A DNA stretch of 64,000 nt from Candidatus Cloacimonadales bacterium (lineage in GTDB: Bacteria > Cloacimonadota > Cloacimonadia > Cloacimonadales > DAONDQ01): NCBI GenBank assembly GCA_963662275.1, contig OY759316.1:3392001-3456000 (forward strand), read 5' to 3'. Shown one piece after another: positions 19,112-28,809 of the stretch. The stretch's first letter is position 1. Each line of letters opens with the position of its first letter. The notes under the pieces are model-generated. The model did no database searches. It saw nothing but the letters and a program-made list of their open reading frames with translations, and was not told where the DNA came from. Both the position numbers and the translations under genes were made by a program.

Positions 19112-20026
19112 CTATTTCTTTTCAAAAGACTTGAGTGTAAATCTTGGTTTACCTTCTCCAACTACTTTTGATTCAACCACAATGTAAAGTTCTTTTTCTA
19201 AATAGTGATTGATTTCCATAGGGTCTACGATTTGTGAACCGACACGCCCTTTGATAACTTCTTGAGTAGGGGAGTGCACAAATTCAAATGTTCTTGATTT
19301 TGGAAGTACACCAATGAATTGACCTGCAAGTGTAATCTCAGTATCAGTGATATTATCAGTGTTAATACGGGCTGCACTTCTTTTCACTTGCTCTTCATCA
19401 TGGAATGTGAAATATTTATCATCTACTTCCAATGCACAGTAAGCATTATTTTCTACAAGTGTATGAAGGAATTCATGAAATTGTTTTACCGTTCGATCAT
19501 CAATCTCAGCCATAGCATCAGATAATTCTTCATCCGTTCCTAAAGAAGCTTCCAGTAATTTCTGTGCTTTTTCAATAGCTTTCTCCAAAATTGACGGGTT
19601 TTCATTTAGATTCACATGTGTTTGATCTATGTTCTCTTCCAATTCAAACCCAAATGAACCCAACGCAGTCCCTGTAATTATGAGCTGATAATTATCTGCA
19701 TTAGTAATCACACCACGATTTCCGGAGGTATTCCCTTCCAGGTTTGAAGCAATGGAAACTACTGCATCAGCGAATTTATTTACAGCTTTTGCTCCAAAGC
19801 CAGCTAAAATACCAAAACTCCCAACAACAGGTTTTCCCCTGAAAGTAATAATCGCATGGGCTGGTTCTCGCATAGAAGTCTTAACACTGTCTAGTTCTGA
19901 CTGTATTTCATCCAATCTGATTTCAAAATTAGCACGATTTATTACCTTATCAGAAGAAATGTGTTCTAATTGATTAAGCAGGTATATCTTCTCTGCTTCT
20001 AAATGCTTATATTCGCGTGCTCTCAT
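19112..20026 (-). CDS. Hypothetical protein (N-terminal helical hairpin, GTALGSFGFEL motif, C-terminal OB-like region)
   Basis: 304-aa ORF with AGGAG RBS, 11 bp after the upstream gene. Confidence 0.8.
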   Translation of the reverse strand: MRAREYKHLEAEKIYLLNQLEHISSDKVINRANFEIRLDEIQSELDSVKTSMREPAHAIITFRGKPVVGSFGILAGFGAKAVNKFADAVVSIASNLEGNTSGNRGVITNADNYQLIITGTALGSFGFELEENIDQTHVNLNENPSILEKAIEKAQKLLEASLGTDEELSDAMAEIDDRTVKQFHEFLHTLVENNAYCALEVDDKYFTFHDEEQVKRSAARINTDNITDTEITLAGQFIGVLPKSRTFEFVHSPTQEVIKGRVGSQIVDPMEINHYLEKELYIVVESKVVGEGKPRFTLKSFEKK

Positions 20027-20037
20027 GATTAAACTCC

Positions 20038-20649
20038 TTATAACAAATTAAGGTCATTCTCGAGCTTGTCAAGAAATTCCACTGCTTTTACATCATCGTT
20101 CGGAGTGAGTTCAATTTCGATAAAACCTTTCCAGATAAGAGTATCTCGTTGATGTGACCAAAGACTATACCAATATGCGGTTTGGTCGATCAACGACTTA
20201 ATAACTGCTTTATTGTCAATTTCGATGGGTTCATGATAAGCGTCAACCAGGTAAGTTTGTTTCAATTGATTATGAAAAACACGTTGGAATAAAAAGGGAT
20301 TGGAGTTTACAACATCCTGCTGTGTTTGATTTTTTTTGAGATAAAAAAAAGTAACAACATCAATATCATTGGGTGCTTCATCAGAGATTAATTCTTTTCG
20401 TGTTACAAAACTGCCATTCAGCCACTGAAAGCCATCATTAATTCCTATTTTGTGCAATTCGGCTCGATAGTTTATAAAACCTTTCAAAATTTGAATTCTC
20501 TCATGCAATTTTAAATTAAGTCCTATTTGTGTAAAGTACTGTATGAAATCCAATAAAGACATTTTATAAGGAGATCTGTCTCCACTCGGTGGGTTAATTA
20601 AATCAATTGGTGGTATTAATCCTGCTTGATTCCATTGTGCTAATGACAT
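20038..20649 (-). CDS. DUF6932-like Pol-beta superfamily nucleotidyltransferase
   Basis: WLNGSFVT..E...PNDIDVV (GS + DxD), later VDAY; C-terminal R...KGFIEI. Confidence 0.75.
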   Translation of the reverse strand: MSLAQWNQAGLIPPIDLINPPSGDRSPYKMSLLDFIQYFTQIGLNLKLHERIQILKGFINYRAELHKIGINDGFQWLNGSFVTRKELISDEAPNDIDVVTFFYLKKNQTQQDVVNSNPFLFQRVFHNQLKQTYLVDAYHEPIEIDNKAVIKSLIDQTAYWYSLWSHQRDTLIWKGFIEIELTPNDDVKAVEFLDKLENDLNLL

Positions 20650-20797
20650 ACTACCCCCCTATAATCAAACTTCCTTAGCATAAATACGTTGCTGATCATA
20701 ATAACTTTGCATCACTTACCCCCACAATATCATCTAATTTATCGTGAAAAGTTACGCTGTCAATATAAATCTACTCATGTAATCATTCTTTAACATA

Positions 20798-22658
20798 GAG
20801 ACTGTTCAAAATTAACCTCCATTTTACGCAGCCTTATTGGTAGTGACAGAGAAAAAGTGGTCTAAGTGCGACCAATCCACATTTTCTTGACATATGCGGG
20901 AGATATTTAAACTTGCTAAAAGTGATTCCTGACGCATGATTGGTTGACCTTTATCGACCAGTTCTTTGAACCAAAGCGAAAACACAAGGTTGCGGGTGGT
21001 TTCTTCAGATTTTAGTCCAAATCTACCGGATGTCACCTTCTTGATTTTGCGGTTCCAGCGTTCAGAGACATTGGAAGTCAAACCTTTGCTGAGGTGTCTC
21101 CAATCACTAATGATATTGCTTTTGATGTATTCGGCGGCGGTTGGGGGAGTAATAGCTGTCAGGCTTGCGATACCCTTTTTCCTTCCGCCCGCCGTTTCTC
21201 TTCGGAAAGCTTTCATAATCCTCTTCTTAAAGAACTTGTCCCTGTCTTCAGGGAGATGACATTGACTGATTCTTTTGAAGAGATTTCGTATCTTATGGAA
21301 CTTACAGAGTTGGTAATGGACTTTTGGAAACACTGTTTTTCTTGCAACTGCTAACGATTTACTGCCATCACTGACAATCAGGGTTGGATCTTTCCTGTAG
21401 AGCTGTCTGAAGGTTCTGAAACATGCTTCGAATGATTCTTTCTTTGTGTCAGGATACAACTCACAAAACAGAGGGATGTGAGTCACAAAATCAACAATAC
21501 TGATGACATAGTACGGAATACCTTTGATCTTCACATATTTCTCATCAATGCTGATCTTTCCGCTCCACTTACCGATTGAGTTCAGAATCAGGCTCTGCAG
21601 GTCAGCGATTTCATGCCAGAGATTTGAGACTGTAGCTTTACAGGTGTTGAGCAGCAAAGCTATCGTCTCGAAGTTCATACCGCTTCCAACCAGGTAATGT
21701 ACCAGCAGACACAGGTTCTTGCGTTCCAGACTATGGAACGGCTTTGCATCGGCGGTTCTATGGGATGTATTGCCTTTAGCAGTCTTCATTTGTTCCAGGA
21801 GTCTGTCACAGATAACAGGTGTATTCTGCTGACCGGCAAGCAGTTTCAGCAGATGTACAGCATCACCGCCTACTGTCTTTTTCAGAAGAAGCTTCTGAGC
21901 TTGCTTAACTACAGACAGAGAATTGACCTGAGAAGCATATTTGCAGAAAGTGGTATAGGACATTTTAAAATCATGATGGCTGATGAACTCCTGATACATG
22001 ACATTTAAAGGTAAAAGCAGGTTATTGATAACAAAATTCTCGATCTGAGGAATACACTCCAGCAGGTCAACTTTCCGGCTTAAATATGCCAGGATATCAT
22101 GACCATGCTGCTCAAACTCTTGCCAGAAATTATGTACATTCCTGCGGTCTGCGTAGTTAAACAGATCAGCTATTTGCTGAAGTGTAAGGAGGTTGTCTCC
22201 GCCTATTCCTACTAATAAGCGTAGAAACGCTATTAAGAACTTGTGGTTTGATGTTGTCTCAGGCAAAGTGAATGAAAATGGTACGTTAATACTTACATGG
22301 TATTGGTTACTTTCATGACTAACACTTACCGCTTCTTGAATTGGAGTGTTTTTTTGTCATAATATCCTCCCTTTTGTTACCAGGTAACAAATGCCATTGA
22401 AGCTATAGCAAAAAACTTGTAAAGAACTATTTTATATGATTTTAACTACACATTTAGTCAGAAACGGCTTCGAAACATTACTTATAATCGCGTGTTTTTC
22501 AATTTTAGTCAAAAAGCTTAACTTGTGATTTGGTGTCCTTAGCAGAGCTTATCTGTCAATTCTGGAAGGTATGTTAAATTATGACCGTTTCGACCACTTT
22601 TTTCAACTTGCTACTTTCTAACTTATTGAATATTATGAATAACTTCATGAACAGTCTC
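20798..22658 (-). mobile_element. 1861-bp IS (IS256/Mutator-like), copy 1
   Basis: TIR GAGACTGTTCA...TGAACAGTCTC; 8-bp TSD TTAACATA. Confidence 0.92.
20824..22266 (-). CDS. DDE transposase (true start probably ATG 22360 via +1 frameshift)
   Basis: SIDEKYVKIKG, IVSDG, YQLCKFH (Mutator/IS256-type CxxH), TSNVSERWN. Confidence 0.85.
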   Translation of the reverse strand: MPETTSNHKFLIAFLRLLVGIGGDNLLTLQQIADLFNYADRRNVHNFWQEFEQHGHDILAYLSRKVDLLECIPQIENFVINNLLLPLNVMYQEFISHHDFKMSYTTFCKYASQVNSLSVVKQAQKLLLKKTVGGDAVHLLKLLAGQQNTPVICDRLLEQMKTAKGNTSHRTADAKPFHSLERKNLCLLVHYLVGSGMNFETIALLLNTCKATVSNLWHEIADLQSLILNSIGKWSGKISIDEKYVKIKGIPYYVISIVDFVTHIPLFCELYPDTKKESFEACFRTFRQLYRKDPTLIVSDGSKSLAVARKTVFPKVHYQLCKFHKIRNLFKRISQCHLPEDRDKFFKKRIMKAFRRETAGGRKKGIASLTAITPPTAAEYIKSNIISDWRHLSKGLTSNVSERWNRKIKKVTSGRFGLKSEETTRNLVFSLWFKELVDKGQPIMRQESLLASLNISRICQENVDWSHLDHFFSVTTNKAA

Positions 22659-22691
22659 TTAACATACAATCACTGAAGACTGCTGTAGTTT

Positions 22692-22900
22692 TTACTTTTT
22701 CTTTAATCTACTTTTAATCGCATCTTCTGCCAGCTTCAACACATCCTTATACTCTACACCGAAAGGTTTGAGAAGATTAGCTGAACCATGTATTGCACTG
22801 CTAAATTCGCCAACAGCTTCACCCACGGTCTTATCAATACCTGCAGCTTCAATTTCTTCAGATGTATATTGATAATACAAAAGGACGATATCTTCTACCT
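22692..22900 (-). pseudogene. 3' fragment of an unknown gene abutting the terminal CRISPR repeat
   Basis: Open frame VEDIVLLYY...KSRLKKK whose 5' end runs into the repeat; no independent start or RBS. Confidence 0.45.
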
Positions 22901-23171
22901 TGGCACCAAAGCTCTTTGACTTAGTACGCACAGTCTAAAGATAAATCATATTACGTTGTTACAGCTTGACACCAAAGCTCTTTGACTTAGTACTGTTGGC
23001 TATTACAGGCTTTCGAGGTTTAGGTTACAGCTTGACACCAAAGCTCTTTGACTTAGTACAAAAGCGATGCAATCATTGATGGTGATCTGGTTACAGCTTG
23101 ACACCAAAGCTCTTTGACTTAGTACTATGCTATTGATCAGGCTGCTCTAATTGCGGTTACAGCTTGACACC
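22892..23171 (+). CRISPR. CRISPR array, cas-distal segment (1 degenerate + 3 full repeats + half repeat; 4 spacers)
   Basis: 36-bp repeat GTTACAGCTTGACACCAAAGCTCTTTGACTTAGTAC at 22958, 23024, 23090; 30-nt spacers. Confidence 0.95.
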
Positions 23172-23393
23172 TGCATATTCCGCTCAGAAAAGCCACCTTG
23201 TCCGATTAAGTTGAGCCAGTGCTCCACTATAATTGAGCCATACTATATTGTCTTTTTGAGCCACACTACGTATCTGATCGCCATATAACATAATATCTGC
23301 AGTGTTTGGCAAGATTCTGTTCCGGCTGCTGCGGAGAGAGGACGTAGTCCGAGCGAAGCAGCAGCCGGAACGTTGCGCCTAATGGGCAATAGG

Positions 23394-24149
23394 CTATTTT
23401 CTATTGATTTGTTTTATTCCCTTGCGTTCTCTCATTGACATCTTCCCATCGATAAATATATGGTGAGAGTTATGAACAAGCCGGTCAAGGATGGCATCAG
23501 CGAGAGTGGGTTGTCCAATCTTCTCGTGCCATCCTCCGGTTTTGAACTGAGAGCACAAGACCGTAGATGCTTTGGAATACCTCATCTCGACTATTTCAAA
23601 GAGATCTTTAGCTTCCTGTTCGTTTATCCTGGTTAACAGCCATTCATCAAGTATCAGCAGTTTAGCATTGGCATATCTGTCTATGACTCTTTGATGCCCG
23701 CCTTCACAACGACTAACAGCGAGGTCATCCAACAGTTCAGGCAGGCGGACGTATTTTACAGTGAAGTATTTCTTGCAGGCAGCTATGCCAAATGCGCAAG
23801 CCAGCCATGTTTTACCGCTTCCCGATGCTCCGGTGATGATGATATTCTCATTCTCTCCAATAAAAGAACATGACGCCAATTCAACGATTGCACTACGATC
23901 AAGTTTCCTGTCTTCATGGTAGTCAATATCTGCTATACTCGCATTACTGAACTTGAAGCCGGCACCGTGAATCAGACGTTTAAGCCTATTATTCTTGCGC
24001 TTATCCCATTCTATATCAACCAGCATGCCAAAGCGCTCGTCAAAGCTGTAGTTTTCCAGTGATTTATCGTTAACCTGATTTCGGTAGGCATCTGCCATGC
24101 CATTTAACAGCATCTCTCGAAGTTTAATGATAGTAGTATTATTAGTCAT
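23394..24149 (-). CDS. istB: IS21 helper ATPase IstB
   Basis: GASGSGKT, LLILDEW, DAILDRLVHNS; ATG overlaps the istA stop. Confidence 0.93.
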   Translation of the reverse strand: MTNNTTIIKLREMLLNGMADAYRNQVNDKSLENYSFDERFGMLVDIEWDKRKNNRLKRLIHGAGFKFSNASIADIDYHEDRKLDRSAIVELASCSFIGENENIIITGASGSGKTWLACAFGIAACKKYFTVKYVRLPELLDDLAVSRCEGGHQRVIDRYANAKLLILDEWLLTRINEQEAKDLFEIVEMRYSKASTVLCSQFKTGGWHEKIGQPTLADAILDRLVHNSHHIFIDGKMSMRERKGIKQINRK

Positions 24150-24496
24150 TTTCGTTTCTCCCGTAGTAACCTGATTCCCGGCTGATGGCATACTCTGAGC
24201 TTTGCACCGCTTCAGCATCATTATCGGTGCTTCTCTTCTGTTCATTTGAGTTTAGAATAGTCTTGATGATTCTGTAACTCGGATTTGGCGTATAGCTTAA
24301 TGCTCGTTGACAGGCACTTTCCAAATTTTGACAGCCATACTTTTTTGAAGCGCTTAGCACAGCCATGCAAGTGCGATAACCTTGCTGTTCAACCCTGCAT
24401 GATCCCAGGATTGACTTGATTACCAACTCAGTGCTTGTTCCAATAGTACAAGCCCAGTCAACAAAACTTTCTGCATCCCATTTACGGTATTCCTGA

Positions 24497-26357
24497 GAGA
24501 CTGTTCAAAATTAACCTCCATTTTATGCAGCCTTATTGGTACTGACAGAGAAAAAGTGGTCTAAGTGCGACCAGTCCACATTTTCTTGACATATCCGAGA
24601 GATATTTAAACTGGCTAAAAGCGATTCCTGACGCAGGATTGGTTGTCCTTTATCGACCAGTTCTTTGAACCAAAGCGAAAACACAAGGTTGCGAGTGGTT
24701 TCTTCAGATTTTAGACCAAATCTGCCGGATGTCACTTTCTTGATTTTGCGGTTCCAGCGTTCAGAGACATTGGAAGTCAAACCTTTGCTGAGGTGTCTCC
24801 AATCACTAATGATATTGCTTTTGATGTATTCGGCGGCGGTTGGGGGAGTAATAGCTGTCAGGCTTGAGATACCCTTTTTCCTTCCGCCCGCCGTTTCTCT
24901 TCGGAAAGCTTTCATAATCCTCTTCTTAAAGAACTTGTCTCCCTCTTCAGGGAGATGACATTGACTGATTCTTTTGAAGAGGTTTCGTATTTTATGGAAT
25001 TTGCAGAGCTGATAATGGACTTTGGGAAACACGGTTTTTCTGGCAGCCGCTAATGCTTTACTGCCATCACTGACAACCAGGATAGGATCTTTTCTATAGA
25101 GCTGTCTGAAGGTTCTGAAACATGCTTCGAATGATTCTTTCTTTGTGTCAGGATACAACTCACAAAATAGAGGGATGTGAGTCACAAAATCCACAATACT
25201 GATGACATAGTACGGAATACCTTTGATCTTCACATATTTCTCATCAATGCTGATCTTTCCGCTCCACTTACCGATTGAGTTCAGAATCAGGCTCTGCAAA
25301 TCACCGATTTCATGCCAGAGATTTGAGACTGTAGCTTTACAGGTGTTGAGCAGCAAAGCTATTGTCTCGAAGTTCATACCGCTTCCAACCAGGTAATGCA
25401 CAAGCAGACACAGGTTCTTGCGTTCCAGACTATGGAATGGCTTTGAATCGGCTATTCTATGCGATGCATTGCCTTTAGCAGTCTTCATTTGTTCCAGGAG
25501 TCTGTCACAGATAACAGGTGTATTTTGCTGACCGGCAAGCAGTTTCAGTAGATGTACAGCATCACTGCCTACTGTCTTTTTCAGAAGAAGCTTCTGAGCT
25601 TGCTTAACCACAGACAGGACATTGATCTGAGAAGCATATTTGCAGAAAGTGGCATACGACATTTGAAAATCATGATGGCTGATGAACTCCTGATACATTA
25701 CATTTAAAGGTAAAAGCAGGTTATCGATAACAAAACTCTCGATCTGAGGAATACACTCCAGCAGGTCAACTTTCCGGCTCAGATACGCCAGAATATCTTT
25801 GCCATGTTGCTCAAACTCCTGCCAGAAATTATGCACATTCCTGCGGTCTGCATAGTTAAACAGATTAGCTATTTGCTGAAATGTGAGAAGATTGCCTCCG
25901 TTTATTCCTGTTATTAAGCGGAGGAATACCATTAAAAACTTGTGGTTGGATGTCGTTTCAGGCAAACAAAATGAACATGGTACGTTAATACTTACATGGT
26001 ATTGGTTACTTTCATGACTGACACTTACAGCTTCTTGAATTGGAGTGTTTTTTTGTCATAATATCCTCCCTTTTGTTACCAGGTAACAAATGCCATTGAA
26101 GCTATAGCAATAAACTTGTAAAGAACTATTTTATATACTTTTAGATACACTTATAGTCAATAGTGGAGTCGAAAAATTACTTACTATCGCTTATCTTTTG
26201 CTTTTAATCAAAAAGCTTAGCTTGAGAGTTTGGGTTATAGGAGATGCCGATATGTCAATTCTGGAAGTGATATCAAATTATGATCGTTTCGACCACTTTT
26301 CGCAACTTGATACTTCCTAACTTATTGTATATTATGAATAAATGCCTGAACAGTCTC
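24497..26357 (-). mobile_element. 1861-bp IS, diverged copy 2, nested in istA
   Basis: Same TIRs; TSD ATTCCTGA. Confidence 0.92.
24523..25965 (-). CDS. DDE transposase (isoform of copies 1 and 3)
   Basis: 480 aa with scattered substitutions relative to copy 1. Confidence 0.85.
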   Translation of the reverse strand: MPETTSNHKFLMVFLRLITGINGGNLLTFQQIANLFNYADRRNVHNFWQEFEQHGKDILAYLSRKVDLLECIPQIESFVIDNLLLPLNVMYQEFISHHDFQMSYATFCKYASQINVLSVVKQAQKLLLKKTVGSDAVHLLKLLAGQQNTPVICDRLLEQMKTAKGNASHRIADSKPFHSLERKNLCLLVHYLVGSGMNFETIALLLNTCKATVSNLWHEIGDLQSLILNSIGKWSGKISIDEKYVKIKGIPYYVISIVDFVTHIPLFCELYPDTKKESFEACFRTFRQLYRKDPILVVSDGSKALAAARKTVFPKVHYQLCKFHKIRNLFKRISQCHLPEEGDKFFKKRIMKAFRRETAGGRKKGISSLTAITPPTAAEYIKSNIISDWRHLSKGLTSNVSERWNRKIKKVTSGRFGLKSEETTRNLVFSLWFKELVDKGQPILRQESLLASLNISRICQENVDWSHLDHFFSVSTNKAA

Positions 26358-27730
26358 ATTCCTGATGATCCCTGGGCATATGCTCGGCATTGGTCTGATA
26401 TCGCTCAGAGTTTCCCTCCAAGCCCCTGGGGGAGGCTATTCTGACTGAATTGTAAAAGACCTCCACCACCCTGGCGGTTAGGCGAATATCCACTTTGTGG
26501 TGGATATATTCATAAGGCACTGAATAATACTTCTTATCAACCATAATGTGATAGTTGTAACCAACCGTTGCTGTAGCCCATGTAGCCAGTTCATAAGCCG
26601 CCTCCGGCAAGGGAAGCAGCTGCTCTCGTTCTTCTTGCCAAAATACGCTTTCACGGGAGCCATCTTTGACCTGGAAAGGCTGAAAGGCTTACTGTTAAAT
26701 TCAGCCAACTTTTCCCTGATTGCCTTATTGAGTTCTCTAAGCGAGAAGAAACTCCTGTTGCGAAGAGCAGCCAGAATCCAGGTCGAGATAATACCTACTG
26801 TCCCTTCAGCACTTGCCTTATCCTTGGGATGCCTGACCCTGGCAGGGATGACCACTGTATTGTAGTAATTAGCCAGTTCATTATATGTCCTGTTGATTAC
26901 ACTGCCTCCACTGGATACCCGCTCCACACCAGTCTTGAGGTTGTCAGGTACCAGTATTTTTGCCACTCCGCTCATATATTGAAAACAGTTTACATGAGCC
27001 TGAATCCAGTTACACAGACTCATATTGGGAAGTGCTTCAACATAAGCATAGCCACTATAGGGCAAAACAGCGACAAAGACTGGAACTTTAAGCTGTGCCC
27101 CGGTAAGATTGTTTGTCAAATACGCAGATTGACCTGCCCAATCAACCTCAAGCTTCTCACCCGGCTTGTGATGAATGCGCATGGTTGCCTTGGTTTGATG
27201 AGCATATTCCGTGTAAAGCTCGCAGAATCGACTGTATTGATAGGGTATCGTCTGATTCTGACGGCATAACTCCGAATATTCATGCCATAACAACGACAAG
27301 GTTACACCGCTTTTACCCAATTCCTTGTGAATATGCTCAAAATCAGGCATCCTGCGACAACCTTCGATATTTACAATGGGAAATAGCATCTTCCCCAATT
27401 CCCTGTCACTAATTGTATCAGAAATTGGACAGAAAACAGCTTGTTGGGCTGCTGCCCTCAGCACCTTGGATACGGTATTGCGGGAGCACGGCAGGCTTTG
27501 AGCAATATTCCTTTCACTAATTCCTTGCGCCTGTAAACGCAAGATTTCTCGATAATTGGTCATTTTGTGACCTCCATTGTGTTATTTGCGCTCTTCAGCG
27601 CATTGCCACATGGTTAATCACACTCTGATTTATGCAAGGTGGCTCAAAGTAGAATATTCCCTGGCTCAATTATAGTGGAGCACTGGCTCAACTTGGGAAT
27701 ACTCATGGCTCAAATTCATAATATTATTCA

Positions 27731-28746
27731 ACACCAAAGCTCTTTGACTTAGTACGGCATGTGGGCAGTCCACTAGTGGATAGTAGTTACAGCTTGACAC
27801 CAAAGCTCTTTGACTTAGTACCACCAGTACCATATGGCCATAAACGAACTGGTTACAGCTTGACACCAAAGCTCTTTGACTTAGTATTGATGCCAGTAAT
27901 TCAGTGTTGGCTTTCATGTTACAGCTTGACACCAAAGCTCTTTGACTTAGTACTGCCGATTTGGAAGAGATCAGGCAGAAGGAGTTACAGCTTGACACCA
28001 AAGCTCTTTGACTTAGTACAATAAAACAGCTTACGTCCCTCGTGGTGCTGTTACAGCTTGACACCAAAGCTCTTTGACTTAGTACCTTCGTGTCACGCGA
28101 TAAGATTGCTGATACGTTACAGCTTGACACCAAAGCTCTTTGACTTAGTACTAACGCCGACATTTCAACGTGACCTGCGCAGTTACAGCTTGACACCAAA
28201 GCTCTTTGACTTAGTACATGTAGTTTTGAATTACCTAACCATCCCATGTTACAGCTTGACACCAAAGCTCTTTGACTTAGTACAAGCCGTTCTGGATACT
28301 TCACAAGGTGGCAGTTACAGCTTGACACCAAAGCTCTTTGACTTAGTACAATTCCCTTGTACTTGGAAATGTGACAACCGTTACAGCTTGACACCAAAGC
28401 TCTTTGACTTAGTACACGAATTGATTGTAATACCTTATCTTTACTGTTACAGCTTGACACCAAAGCTCTTTGACTTAGTACGGTTTTACCGTTTCCGGTA
28501 TCACCGTAAATGTTACAGCTTGACACCAAAGCTCTTTGACTTAGTACTTTGGTTTGTCTGTTTCCATGCAGCGATAGGTTACAGCTTGACACCAAAGCTC
28601 TTTGACTTAGTACCTCAGGTCACCACCCTTCATGATAAGTACCTGTTACAGCTTGACACCAAAGCTCTTTGACTTAGTACAAGACCGGCTATATCCATAC
28701 AGATCCATTGGTTACAGCTTGACACCAAAGCTCTTTGACTTAGTAC
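27731..28746 (+). CRISPR. CRISPR array, cas-proximal segment (half repeat + 15 full repeats; 15 spacers)
   Basis: 66-bp period (one 31-nt spacer at 28614-28644); orientation inferred from tracrRNA complementarity. Confidence 0.97.
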
Positions 28747-28752
28747 TAAGCC

Positions 28753-28785
28753 GTCCTAACCTATCAAAATATGATAGGTTAGGAC
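28753..28785. terminator. 14-bp perfect hairpin between array and cas2
   Basis: GTCCTAACCTATCA-AAATA-TGATAGGTTAGGAC. Confidence 0.65.
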
Positions 28786-28809
28786 ATTTTATCTGCAAGA
28801 AAAGTGGCG

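Larger units (their letters stand above)
24142..27563 (-). pseudogene. istA: IS21 transposase IstA, disrupted by an 8-bp duplication frameshift and a nested IS
   Basis: HKPGEKLEVDWAG, VPDNLKTGV, PKDKASAEG; fragments 27563-26690, 26681-26358, 24496-24142. Confidence 0.9.
23172..27730 (-). mobile_element. IS21-family element (with nested IS) inserted in a CRISPR repeat
   Basis: TG...CA ends, subterminal GAGCCA repeats, shared AAGTTGAGCCAGTGCTCCACTATAATTGAGCCA in both ends; 5-bp TSD ACACC. Confidence 0.93.

Noticed and set aside
26478..26690. Programmed frameshift in istA
   Set aside because: Fully explained by the 8-bp duplication; no slippery site is needed
22928..28710. Self-targeting spacers
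   Set aside because: No match to this window noticed by eye; not exhaustive and needs BLASTn
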